A stretch of 64,000 bases of DNA from NCBI RefSeq assembly GCF_963921235.1, contig NC_086108.1:20336001-20400000 (forward strand), read 5' to 3'. The notes beneath the pieces are model-generated. The model ran no database searches, was not told the origin of the DNA, and worked only from the letters and a program-made list of their open reading frames with translations. The position numbers and the translations under genes are program-made. The DNA is from Mobula hypostoma (taxonomy: Eukaryota). Position 1 is the stretch's first letter. Each line of letters starts with the position of its first letter. Of the stretch, positions 26,566 to 38,950 are shown piece by piece.

Positions 26566-27463
26566 GACAATCAGAAAACTAGATAGTCATTGAGACTGCC
26601 TTCTGATTCAAGATTCACAATCTGATTCCTAACACCTCCCTATCAGCAACAGCTATAGAATCTCCTTGAAAATTTTAAACAAAGATAGAAATGCAAAGAC
26701 AGTTTAAAAAGTAAATGAGCAAACTCATCTTCATTCCCATAGGGTATTCAAAACTAACCCAGTGGACTACAATCAATTCTCATGGCTCTTTTGTACTTTC
26801 TTTCTTGGTACTGCCGTGGGTTAGCCATCGGCAGACAGACTATGTTCTCTGTCCTCAAACAAGGAACATCAATTTGCATATTTTTAAAATGTTAGAATCT
26901 TTCTTTGCTTTTGTTAGCTAAAAGTCATCAAATCCAACTGGGTTTCCATTCCATTAGCAGCTGGCAATACTCCAGTCCAAAGCCTGCATGTCAGAGTCAG
27001 TAACTTCAGCAAAGATTAGGAAAGTGAGGATCATCAACAATGAATTAAACAATATCCCACAGATTTAAGGCTGATAACAAGAACTACGCACAGAATATTT
27101 GTTGGTCATTGAAATGTTTGTCTTCTTTGCTGCAAGTCTTTCTTAGAGTATTTTGAAAAGGCACACGACAAGAAATGCTAGTCACTGCAGGTATTCCTAG
27201 CCCAGTACTTGTGCTTGTTCACCTTTGTGTGTGTGTGTGTGGCAAAGGCAAATTTCACAGGAGAAAAAACAAATCAGTATGAGTATTGAAAGGCAGCATG
27301 TGAGTTTAGAAGCAGTTTTCTCCAGACCACCACAGGCTGAAGACTGGCTGTGGTATCAAAGGCGACTGTGTGACTGGATGGATGCTGAAACCCGGGCCAA
27401 ATATAAAACTATGTTCACATCTCCAACACAATGACTCACCTTGTTACATCAGTCTTACTTTCC

Positions 27464-27535
27464 CAACCTTCTTCACCCTTTCTGCTCCTCCACCCTTCTT
27501 CACCCTTACTGCTCCTCCACCCTCCTTCATACTGA
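27464..27535. repeat. Short ~27-bp pyrimidine-rich tandem repeat (~2.5 copies)
   Basis: CCTTCTTCACCCTT(T/A)CTGCTCCTCCAC units. Confidence 0.65.
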
Positions 27536-28164
27536 CACCTCCAAATGGAATGATAAAGACTGAGTACTTCAAATAAAGGGGACCCCTCTCCCCGAAGATT
27601 TTCTAACCAAGTAAAAGTGGACTTCTAAATTAGACAGAATATATTTGCAGGATCTGTAGATCAGCCACGGCATTAATCGAATACCTAAGAGCTTTACACA
27701 TATTCTCCTTTTAGTCATAGGGTACTTCTTGTTAATATTGGCATGCAGAGTCAGACTTGAAAATATCAGCAGGCAAATATCACTGTGCTAGATGTTACTA
27801 GTGACAGAATGTAGTAACTAACTGGCATATGAGAGGGATGGACCTGACATAATTTGGCTAAGAGGGTGGTAGGGTGGGGAGACGGGGGAGGGTTGCACAG
27901 GGGAGGAAATATATCCTGGCCAGTGTTTCATTCACATCATGGGCTGGGAGTTAGTGTTTTTCTTTAAGCTGAGGTGGAAAAGTGGTGACTTTCTGAAAAT
28001 AACACTAATCAGGCCTTTTCTCTGAAATTAGATGATGTTTGTTGGAGATCACAGTTGAGCCCAAATGTGAACAGGATAGATAAGATAAGAGACCAAGACG
28101 ACCTGGAAAGAAATACAGGAAAATCGGAATTTCATGAGGAACACAGTAAATTGGTTGGAGATAA

Positions 28165-28295
28165 AAACACATAAAAGTTGCTGGTGAACACAGCAGGCCA
28201 GGCAGCATCTATAGGAAGAGGTACAGTTGACGTTTCGGGCTGAGACCCTTCGTCAGGACTAACTAAAAAAAGAGCTAGTAAGAGATTTGAAAGGG
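28165..28295 (-). mobile_element. Penelope pLTR fragment
   Basis: Same sequence as 45232-45350 and 58216-58334. Confidence 0.8.
28225..28260 (-). ncRNA. Minimal hammerhead ribozyme motif
   Basis: Minus strand AGTC-CTGACGA-AGGGTCTCAGCCC-GAAA-CG-TC-AACT. Core intact, one mismatch in stem I. Confidence 0.65.
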
Positions 28296-29254
28296 TAGGT
28301 AGGTCGGTAGGTCTCGGTCTGTCCTGTCTTTTGTTTGTAGGAGTCTCTGAAATTCTAGTTAATGATTTTTTTGGATTTTGATACTGCCTGTACCTTGCCT
28401 GCTAAGGAATCCAGTCAGGCCTTGTTGGATTGATTTTCCTCTAAGTTTGTGTGACTTTTCGCTGTATTTGGGCTCACCACTATTCAGTGTGAAGGAAGCT
28501 AAAACTGGAGATGTTACTTGGTCAGCTGTGACAGAAACATTTATAATTTTTGCTTTGAGCATGTGCTGTTGTGACAAAACAAGTCTAAATCTTCAAATTA
28601 TGTCTTGAATTCAAGGTTTATTGCTAAATCCCACAACTGATATTAATTGGAACTGGTTTTACAGTGTTTGTGTCATGTATCTTTAGTAACCAAGCATTCA
28701 ATAATGAAGAAACCAAAGAAGAGATAAAGGAATGGCTTTCAAGCAACTAGAATGACAGTCCCCATTCCAGTGTCTGGAAGTTTGTGGTTGTTTCCCTTTT
28801 GGGATTTGGTTATCAACACATTCAATAATAGTTAAGTCATAATATCTAGGATGGCTCTGTGTGTTTAGAAGCATCTTTAAGAGAAAGGAGTTTCTGTGAA
28901 ATGCGTCTGATGTTAATTTAACCCATATTTAGTTAGATTTATTGGAAAGTTTAAAGCTATTCATTTTGCTGCTTGTGTTTGGCAACCAACTTGAATAAAA
29001 TCCACTATTGTAGGCATGAGTAAAATAATTTGACCTGTTAGCTACTTAAGAACACACTTTGATATCAATAGTGTATCTTTCTAATATTTTGAATATCAGT
29101 AGTGAAGCCCTACTTTGCTCATTCTTTCAATGTGTTTATTAAGGTAGATTAACTTTTTGACTAGTTTAAAACTGCATGTGCTGTAGCTTATCATATTGTG
29201 ATATCTCATTCATCTTGTATTATCCTTATTACAAATGTAAGAAAGATAAGCAAT

Positions 29255-30030
29255 TATCTCACTCAATGTCAACAAGACCAAGGAACTCAGTATAGACTTC
29301 AGGAAAGGGAAACCAGAGGTCCAAGAGCCAGTAATCATCAGAGGTGGAGAGGGTCAGTAACTTTAAATTCCTGTGTCACTATCTCAGAGGACCTGTCCTG
29401 GACCCAGCAAATAAATATTATTGCAAAGAAATCATGACAGTGCCTCTATTTCTTCAGGAGTCTGCAGAGATTTGGCATGTTATTGAAAGCTTTGGCAAAC
29501 TTCTATAGATGTGCGGTGGAAAATGTGCTGACTGGCTGCATTACAGCCTGGTATGGGAATAACAATGCATTTGAGTGGAAAATCTTACACAAAGTAGTGG
29601 CTTCAGCCCAGTACATCACAGGTAAGACCCTCCCAATCATTGAGTGCATCTACATGAAATGTTACCGTAGAAAAGCAGCATCCATCAGTGATCCTCACCA
29701 CCCAGGCCATGCTCTTTTCTCACCGCTGCCATCAGGTAGAAGGTACAGGAGCCTCAGGTCTCGCCTCACCATGTTCAAGAACAGTTACTAACCCTCAACC
29801 ATCAGGCTCTTGAACAAAAGAGGATAGCTGCTACACTCATTTAAGAACTCTGTTATATTATTATTTCATGTTCGTTATTGCTCTTTATATCTACTTGCAT
29901 AGTTTACAGTTAGCAGTTATTGATGTTTACAGTTGATCTTCTATAGATTTGCTAAGTGTCAGCAGAAAAAGAATCTGGTTGTATGTGGTGACATGTATAT
30001 ACTCGGATAAATTTTATTTGACATTGACCT
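29255..30030 (+). mobile_element. Rex1/Babar-like 3' fragment
   Basis: Motifs NFYRCAVENVLTGCITAWYGN and HPGHALFSPLPSGRRYRS, followed by a 3'UTR. Confidence 0.85.
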
Positions 30031-30927
30031 TTGATTTAGTAATAGATATTTTAATTAAAATTCATTCATATCTGGAAGCTTGTGCATGAATAGTTCTGAG
30101 TAAACTGTTTGTATATTTGGATTTTCTTCATTCAGACAGAATAACAATTGAAGTGCAACGTTCTCTAATGGGAGATGATGATGATTGATAAAATAATTCA
30201 TCAATGCACTACATTTGAACTTGACAATACATTTTGAAGGATTGCTGTTGTATCTTTATTTTATCTGAAGCCTGGTGATGAATATTACATGGTGCAGTAG
30301 CTATAAATTGCAGCATCAGTTAATGTTTATGGATTTAATTATACTTCTGGTCAAGATGGCATCTGCATACAATGCTCCTTCAGTCGCCATCTTCTGGCTG
30401 TTGTTGATCTGGGGACGTTAGTGGAAAAAAAATGAGAGAACTGTTCTTTGCTTACAAATATGTTAGCAAATATCTTGAATGACTCCAGGCTGAAATTGAG
30501 AGTAGAATATTTTAAATCAGGTTAGATCAAGGGTGGTCAATTTAACAAAGATAGAAACCTGGATAATCATAGACATCTTATTATCTTGTACATAATGACT
30601 GGCACATAAACCAATTTCAAAGGGACATCTGGAAAAAGTTGGTTATATGGGGAAATAATGAATAGACTACATAGCCAATGCATCAGACATTACATGCAGG
30701 AAGTGACGACTGGAAAGGGATAAGTGAACTGTGCTGATATATGGCAGAGCAGGAACACGTGTAGGAATCATCCTGGGCAAATTAGTTTTAGACTAATTAT
30801 GCAAAGTAAATGATGGTTGGTGGGCATTGGCTCAGGAAAATTTAATTTTAGATTAGAGCCAATAATGTGCCAACTTTCATGTTTGTTTTTCTGCTACTTA
30901 ATAAGTAATCGTGAATATTGATAATTA

Positions 30928-31127
30928 GGGCCTTCAATCAAGGCAGCACCAAAAACCAGCAGAGACATTAGCCCAACAGACAGTGGTAAGGAGCAAACCA
31001 GATGGAAAAACATAGTCATACATATACATCTGGAGTTTCAGAGGAACACAGAAGGAATTTCAACAAACACCAAATCCCTGTGCTTTTCAAACTTACAAAT
31101 GCTCAGAAAGAACCTTGTCCACCCTAG
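30928..31127 (+). mobile_element. Degraded Poseidon-type Penelope fragment
   Basis: Similar to the reverse complement of ~21355-21550 (KHQIPV.FK...LVHP). Confidence 0.6.
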
Positions 31128-31959
31128 GTTAGTCTGTCTGTCCTAGGCTCTGGACTTTCTTCTTTAAATTGTAAGGCTTTGGTTCCATAAGATGTTCCTT
31201 GAAACCTACCTCCATGACCAAATCTGTTCCAATGGCTTGAAAGGAACTGTCCACTAATAATACATTTTGGACATTAGTGCACCTGACTACTTGCTCCTTT
31301 GTGGCTCTTGCCCTTCAAGTCCAGATGTGCTGAAGAGAGGAGATAGATGAAAATCTTCGTTAGACAGGATTGACATCTGTACAGTAACTGCATCCATTTG
31401 AATATGGCAAATGATCCTATGGAGGTAAGAACTTGATGTACAATATTTTCCAAATAATTTCTATTTTATTACTCTCATTGAAGTTTTTAAACGTTTCAGG
31501 TCAAAACAAGTCATGCCAGTTTTGCCTCAGATGCCTCTAGCAAAGGAGGACACCTCATTCACCACATCAGGAATAAATGAGCGTAGTGGACTGCTGAGGA
31601 CCATCAGGATAATTGCCAAAACCATGATGGTTCAATGTTATATTTTATCTAATTACATTTTGAGGTACTGTGAAATATTTTAGTACATTAAAGGTGTGTA
31701 CAAATCCTAATTGTTCTCAATTTCCTGCATTATTTTCAATTTAGTTTTTCCCTCTTTTATTAAAATTAGATTCAATTTTGAAGTCTTGGTGGTTGAATGA
31801 TCTAATTTCCAGATGGATTACATTGTCATTGGACAAATTATTGACTAAAACTGTAACAGCTCTGTTCAGGAGCAAGTTAATATAATCAATAACATTTGCT
31901 ACTCCTTTTGACAGATCTGTGAATTGCCACAATAGGTCTATGGTGGATTCAACATCAAA

Positions 31960-33575
31960 AGCTCTCCATGTGACCTGGACAATACAAATACCTATGTCAG
32001 AATGCTGTTTATTGACTATAGCTCAGCATTTAACACCATTGTTCCCACAGTTCTGATCAAAAAGCTACACAACCTGTACTTCCCTCTGCAACAGGATCCT
32101 CAACTCCCTAACCATGCAGGTTGGTAATAACGTCTCCTTGCTGACTATCAACACTGGCACACCTCCGGGATGTTTGCTTAGCCCACTGCTCTATGCTATA
32201 CCCATGACTGTGTGGCTAGGCATAGCTCAAATGCATCTATAAACTTTCTCCTGGTACAATCATTGTTGGCAGAATTTCAGATAGTGAGGAGAGAGTGTAT
32301 GGGAGTGAGTTATACCAGCTAGTTTCTGTGGTGTAATAGCAACAACCTTGTACTCAACACAGAGCTGATTGCAGACTTCAGAAAGGGAACACGTACCAAT
32401 CCTCAGAGGGATCAGAAGGTGGAGAGAGTGAGCAGTTTCAAGTTCCTGGGAGTCAATATCTCTGAGGACCAAACCTGGACGCAGCATATTGATGCAACAT
32501 AAAGAAGGTAAGATTGTGGCTATATTTCATCAGGAGTTTGAGGAGATTCATCTAACACACTCAAACTTCTATAGATGTACCATGGAGAGCATTCTGACTG
32601 GCTGCATCACCATCTGGTATGGGGGGGGGGGGAGAAGGAAGGCTACTGCACAGGATCAAAGTAAGCTGCGGGAAGTTGTAAAATTAGGCAGCTCTATTGT
32701 GGGTACTAGCCTCTGTGGTATCCAAGATATCTTCAAGGAGTGGCGCCCCAAAAGCAGAGTTCATCATTGATGATTCCCCACCAGGGTATCACTTTGAGTA
32801 TTGTGAGCAGTTTTGGGCTCCTCATCCAAGAAAAGATATACTAGCATTGCAGAAGGTTCAGAAGAGGCTCACAAGGATGATTCTGGGATTGAAGGATTAT
32901 CACACGAGGAACGGTTGATAGCTCTGGTCTGTACTCACTGGAATTTAGAAGAATGAAGGGGATGGGGGGAATCTTATTGAAAGCTTTCGAATGTTGAAAT
33001 ACCTAGATAGTGAATGTGGAAAGTATCTATTTTAAAACAGATGTGGGGAAATTTCTTTAGCCAGATGGTGGTGAATTTGTGGAATTTACTATGGGCTGCA
33101 GGAAGCCGTGGAGGCCAGGTCATTGAGTGTACTTAAGGCACAGCTTGATAGGTTCTTGATTTGACACAGCATCAAAGGTTACAGGGAGAAGGCTGGGGGT
33201 GGGGGGAGCGTATCAGCCATGATTGAATGGTGGAGCCTATTCAGTGGGCCAAAATGGCTTAATTCTGTTCCTATGTCTTGTGGTCTTGTGGGCATGACTT
33301 CTTCCCATTGTTACCATCAGGAAGGAGGTACAGAAGCCTGAAGGTGCACACTCAGGAACAGATTCTTCCCCTCTGCCGTACGATTTCTGAATGAATCTTG
33401 AACCCATGAACACTACCTCATACTTATTAAAATTTGTTTTTGCACTATTTAATTTAACTATTAAATATACAAGCTGTAATTCTTTCTTTCTATATTTATC
33501 ACTTATTGCATTGTTCTGATACTGCAAAGTTGACAAATTTCACAACATGGCAGTAATATTAAACCTGATTCTGAT
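31960..33575 (+). mobile_element. Rex1/Babar-like fragment interrupted by a CR1 3' end (~32786-33288)
   Basis: [15 protein letters not shown] and NFYRCTMESILTGCITIWYG. CR1 insert reads HFEYCEQFWAPH. Rex1 resumes at ~33289 with LPSGRRYRSLK. Confidence 0.82.
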
Positions 33576-33711
33576 TACACAAGTTACATTTATGATAGTT
33601 ACACAAATGATTTGCTATTGGGTGACATTTTACATTATGTTAAACATACACATAGGAGTGCATTTAATTCTTCTTAACGTGCTGTTTTTTAAAAAATGCG
33701 ACTGTTTGGAA

Positions 33712-33815
33712 GAACACACAAATGCTGAAAGAATTCAGCAGGTCAGACAGCACCTATAATGAGGAATAAAGTTGATGTTTCCAGTTGATGTTTTGGGCTG
33801 AGACCCTATATCAGT
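33712..33815 (-). mobile_element. Short Penelope pLTR insertion, 11-bp TSD
   Basis: ACTGTTTGGAA at 33701-33711 and 33816-33826. Confidence 0.72.
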
Positions 33816-34599
33816 ACTGTTTGGAACCCAAGTTCCTTCTTCTGTTCCTGCCACTGGGAATATCTTTTATCTACAACCTTTTTTTTTAAATGGACCTTCC
33901 CTTTCAGCCAATGGAATGTTGGTCCATTAGACACTTTCATCTTGTATTTGCAGATGATTTTGCCATGAGCCAGGCTGCTTGGAGCACAGATTAAGATTGT
34001 GAATTTAAGATTTAGTTGCTGAGTGACATGGGCAGAACAGTAGCTGAATGAGTCCTGCTAAAGTTTGTTATCCACACCACTATCCAAACATCTGTTACCC
34101 AAATGCTATAATTATGTGGGAAACTGGCAGTCTCGTGCTGTTACAGATTTAAAACAGATGTTGCTGATTACTGCCACTATATAGAGTAATGCCCTTCAGT
34201 TCTCTTTTCACTAGCCAGGCCATTGGGAAACCTGGCACTGGGCGCTTCTGCATGACGTGGCTGTGAAATGATCCAAAGGGAACTATCAGAAATTGAAGTT
34301 TTTTCCTCCTTGTGTTCCTTGTGGTTTGGTTTCACTACAGATATTTATTCCTTTTTTCCATATATTGGGAGAGCTGTCACACAGACTGGTCATTTTTAAC
34401 ATCCTGACATAGTTGTATTCACACAATGCCATCTTTCAGACAATGTACACGAATCCTTCATTCCAACTGTTTGGTATGTATGTTCGGAGATGAGAGTACT
34501 GTTGGCGTAGAGGCAGGGAACATTTATCCTAGAAGTCCAAAGCACTGACTCAGGTCTCAAAGTTGGTCATAAAATAATGCAGCTCAGAGGCAGATGAAA

Positions 34600-34760
34600 A
34601 CAACACTTGCAAAATGCTGGAGGAACTCTGCAGGTCAGGCATCATCCATGGAAATAAACACATTTTTGATGTTTTGGACTGAGACATTGACTGTTTGTTC
34701 ATTTCTGTAAATACTGCCTGACCTCCTGCATTCTTCCAGAATTTTGTGTGTTGCTTTGGA
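34600..34760. mobile_element. Degraded Penelope-derived fold-back repeat
   Basis: CAAAATGCTGGAGGAACTCTGCAGGTCAGGCA with an inverted partner TGCCTGACC...ATTTTGTGTGTTG. Confidence 0.65.
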
Positions 34761-35064
34761 TTTTCATGTTGGATTTCTTGAGTTTACCCTTGCTGACTGT
34801 GATTCCTATTTAATCTAATCCCATTTTTCTCACATTTAGCCCATAACCCTCTAAATCTTTTCTATCCTTGTGCTTATCCAAGTGTCTTTTAAATGATGTT
34901 TCATGGCATCCAGCTAAGTAAGGACAAAGATACTTTCTGCTAACAACCTCCTGACCTCCCTCTTTTCATGAATCAGGATTTTTCCTTTTTGGAAAACACT
35001 GAAACGAATGAGGGCACCAGATGTACACTCCAGGCATGGAGGTTCACTGTCTATATTAAGAATG

Positions 35065-35290
35065 GCATCTCCACTGGCTAAACCAACAGACTGTCAGTGA
35101 CCAAGTCGTGATTCCAATACTACCTGTGCAAAGTTTTCACATTGTCCCTGTGACTGCATGGGTTTCCTCTAGGTACTCCAGTTACCTCCCACATCCTAAA
35201 GATATGCAGGTTGGCAGATTAATTGTCTACTCTAAGTTTCCAGAGTGGTAGAACCTGGAAGAGGCGATAGGAATATGGGGAAAATTTGTA
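35065..35290 (+). mobile_element. Degraded V-SINE
   Basis: V-domain-like GTGACTGCATGGGTTTCCTCTAGGTACTCCAGTTACCTCCCACA. Confidence 0.6.
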
Positions 35291-35329
35291 GGGTGTGTGC
35301 ACAGAATTCAATTCATTTTGCAACTACAC

Positions 35330-36940
35330 CATAAACGAAGCAGTTCATGCTTGCATGAAACAATGTGCAGGTAACAGTCAGGCATAGGCTGATCAGTGGC
35401 AAATACATTTCATGCCACAATGGCCTTGTCCAATAAGAAGAGGTTGAAACATTTACAATTGATATTCAATGAGATTATCAATTTCCCCCACCATCAACAT
35501 CCTGGAATCATTTTTAACCACAAAATCATTTGGACCAGTTAAATAAGTTCTGTTGCTATCATGTCAGACCAGAAGTAGGTATCTCCTGATGCCCCAAAGC
35601 TTTTTCACTATATATAAGGCAGGGGTCCCCAACCTTTTTTGCACTGCGGACCGGTTTAATATTGACAATATTCTTGCGGACCGGCCGACCCGTGGGGGGG
35701 GGGGAGGGTTGCCGACGGACAAGAGTAGCAGTCAAATATGTTGTGTTTACCCCGAGAAAGACTACAATGACCACGAGGCCATGCGCCGTCACCAGTGTGC
35801 ATGCGCGTACATGTAACAGGCCGAATTTTCTCTACAAATCGTTTTTGGCGATTCTGTCGGTGGGACTAGGTGAGAGTAGCGTTCGGCACGGACTAGAAGG
35901 GCAGAGATGGCCTGTTTCCGTGCTGTAATTGTTCTATGGTTATATAAGTAAGTCAATAGCATCGTTACATTTTAAGTAACGTTTGGATATTAAATACACA
36001 GCACATATTTTCCCCGTATGAATATATAAAATCATTGCAACACACCAGTATCGCTGAATCAGTGGGAGCGCTGGGCTTGTTTTCCTACAACAAGACGGTG
36101 CCATCGAGGGGTGATGGGAGACAGCGATACTCGAAGGCGGTTCCTTATGTCTGGTCTATTCCACAATTTAGTTTTCGTTGCATTCATTGCAGAGATATGT
36201 TGGAAATGGAAACAACGTTTTCAGTGTTTTCATGGCTATCTCAGGATATTCAGCCTTGACTTTGACCCAGAATGCCGGCAGAAATATTATGTCAAACATA
36301 CTTTTCAGCCCGCCGTCATTTGCAAGCTCGAGGAGTTGATCTTCCCGCGCTGACGTGGATGACGCGTGTGTTCAAGCTCAACAGTGAGTGACAGGGAATG
36401 AGGAAAGGTGCAGCTGACTTATATAGCCAAATCATATCGTTTCCTCACGGCCCGGTAGCGCATGCTTTTGCGGCCTAGTGGTTGGGGACCGCTGATATAA
36501 GGTACTAGGTAGGAACATGATAAAGTACTCTTTACTTGTCTGAGTGGCATAGTTCCAACAAATTTCAAGGTTTATTTTGACATCGTACAGGGCAAAGTTA
36601 ATTTCTTCCACTATATTCAAATATTACTCACCAAAGTCCTCCTAAAGCACTGTCCAAGCCTACAATCTCTACCACTATAGGGAGTAGATGCATTTGATAC
36701 TACTGTAGGATATTGTGAATAAAACATGCTAGATTCATTGTCACCCATTCATTATCCTACAACACCAATTTTAGGTTCCCTTCCCATTATAACTTGCAAA
36801 TGCATCACATCTGTGCTGAGTTCAAATGCTGGAACTCCAGACCAAAAGTAAGGACTGCAGCTGTTCAAGAAGGTAGTTAATCTCCACTTTTCAAAGGCAA
36901 GTATGAATGGAAAATAAATAAGGTGATGCACACATCCTCA
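35330..36940 (+). mobile_element. Old CR1/L2-group LINE 3' fragment split by a hAT element
   Basis: SPTINILG-like and LLMPQSFFTIYK segments resume after 36502 as V.NMIKYSLLV. The tail resembles ~18580-18810. Confidence 0.55.
35620..36494. mobile_element. Non-autonomous hAT (Charlie-like) DNA transposon
   Basis: TIRs CAGGGGTCCCCAACC and GGTTGGGGACCGCTG. 8-bp TSD ATATAAGG at 35612-35619 and 36495-36502. Contains a CR1 tail at ~35862-35945. Confidence 0.9.
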
Positions 36941-37127
36941 AAGAAAATGAAAGCTGTTTTGCCCTTTTTAAAAGAAATTGGTTCAATGCTTTTTCAAAAA
37001 AAAAATCCAACTTCAAACTTTTGAACAGTGCAACTGTACTTTGAGATCTATTATGAACTCTCTGAGCAGCACATTTTGGATTATATCCTTCCAAAGATCT
37101 TCCACTGATTTTCACGGGGTACGACTT

Positions 37128-37455
37128 AGAAACATAGAAAACCTACAGCAAAATACAGGCCCTTCAGCCCACAATGCTGTGCCGAACATGTACTTTAGAA
37201 ATTACCTAAGGTTACCCATAGCCCTCTATTTTTCAAAGCACCATGTACCTACCTAGTGGTCTCTTAAAAGACCCTATTGTATCCGCCTCCACCATTGTCG
37301 CCAGCAGCCTATTCCACGCACTCACTTACCCCTGACATCCCCTCTGTACCTACTTCCGAGCACCTTAAAACTGTGCCCTCTCGTGTTAGTCATTTCAGCC
37401 CTGGAAAAGCCTTTGCTAACCACACGATCAATGCCTCTCATCATCTTATACACAT
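37128..37455 (-). mobile_element. CR1 3' end
   Basis: Begins TAGAAACATAGAAA. Reverse complement of ~24500-24849, with deletions. Confidence 0.82.
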
Positions 37456-38714
37456 CAACATAAAGCTTGCAAGGATATTCTATTAGACCTTAACAATGTT
37501 CGTTCACTTTAGCTCATCTTCTGTTTTGTGCAGTCCATTGACATGAAGCTTTCCATTCTAAGCAATGCACTGCTGTCTTTTAAAATATGGGCAATCTATT
37601 CATGCTGAAAATACTTAAAACCATAACCAAAAATTGTCAAATTCAATCAGGAAAGTAGTGCCCGAAACAATTGTTAAGCTTCCAGTGAACAGGGACACCC
37701 AGTGGTAACTTAAATTCATGTTCCAGGTGCTGACTGAAGCTCTGATCTGTGATGGGTAATAATAAGACAAATAGCACTGTGAACCTTCACCAGTTTACTA
37801 ATTGTTACATGTTTCACATCAGTTTGAATGTATAATTTAGTCAACTTTGCTCAATAAGCAGTATCTGATGATGCTACGGCTTGGTATAACCTGCATCAGA
37901 CAGGGGGAAGGAAGGCTTGTAACTATGGCACTTGTGTATATACAGCAGCATCTTTTATGTCCTTGAATTTCCTAAAGATTTTAATATCAATGAAGCATGG
38001 TTACCATAGAAATGTAGAAAGTATTGTAGGCAATATACTTTCATAAAATTCCCAATAGCAATTATAGAACAACGTTGGTTGAAGAGAAGTTAGAAACCCA
38101 TTTGTAAAGGTTGAAAGTTGCCATTTATGCAATGTTTACAAAGATAATAATGTTATTTTTAACGGTTTATAAAGAAAATATACCACCCACTATTTGAAAA
38201 AAACATAAGTAATGAAAAATTGTGATTACATGCAATTAAAATGCTTTTGGTTCAATGCAGGAATACAGGGAACTCTATTCTCAGCACTAATAATAAGCAC
38301 AGCTGTAACATTCAGAATATTTCTCCATTCTATAAAATGATTCCCTCTTTTGTGCAGCTGTGATTTTCATCTGAGGTAAAACAATCTACAACACTTTTAA
38401 ACCGATTGATTGGTTAAAATGCACAATCATTTGCAAAGAGCTTAAACAGCTCAATAAAATGCAGGATCACAATAATCTTCACAAATGTTTACAACATGGT
38501 ATACAGTGAACAGCATGATATTAATCCACACAGAACTATTTAAATCGTATTTAGTATTTTCTGCATTTGCTGATTTTGTTCCCCTGGTTACACCCTCCAT
38601 ATATAGGTAAACCAGACTATAATACCACCAATGTTCAAAGTAAATTTATTATCAAAGTAAATATGTTGCCATTCATTTTTTGTGGGCATTCACTGTCCAT
38701 ACAAAGGTTCCACA

Positions 38715-38950
38715 GAGTTCCAGTGTGGCACTGTTCTGTAAGAGTCCCTTTGGGATGCACGTTTTCCCCTGATGCTCCGGTTTCCATCCACAGTCCAAGG
38801 ATATACTGAGTAGGTTAAGTGGTCATTGTAAATCATCCTGTGATTAGGTTAGGGTTAATTGGAGTTGTGGGGTTGCTGGGGCGTGTGGCACAAAGGGTTG
38901 GAAGGGCCTTCTCTGCACTGTATTGCTAAACAAACAAACCAATAAATAAA
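38715..38950 (+). mobile_element. V-SINE within a minus-strand LINE 3'UTR-like fragment (~38630-39150)
   Basis: GCTCCGGTTTCCATCCACAGTCCAAG...GGTCATTGTAAA... with an A-rich tail. Matches the other SINE copies. Confidence 0.65.

Noticed and set aside
31300..31430. Possible host exon ending in the strong donor GAG|GTAAGA
   Set aside because: No recognisable protein similarity and no partner exons.
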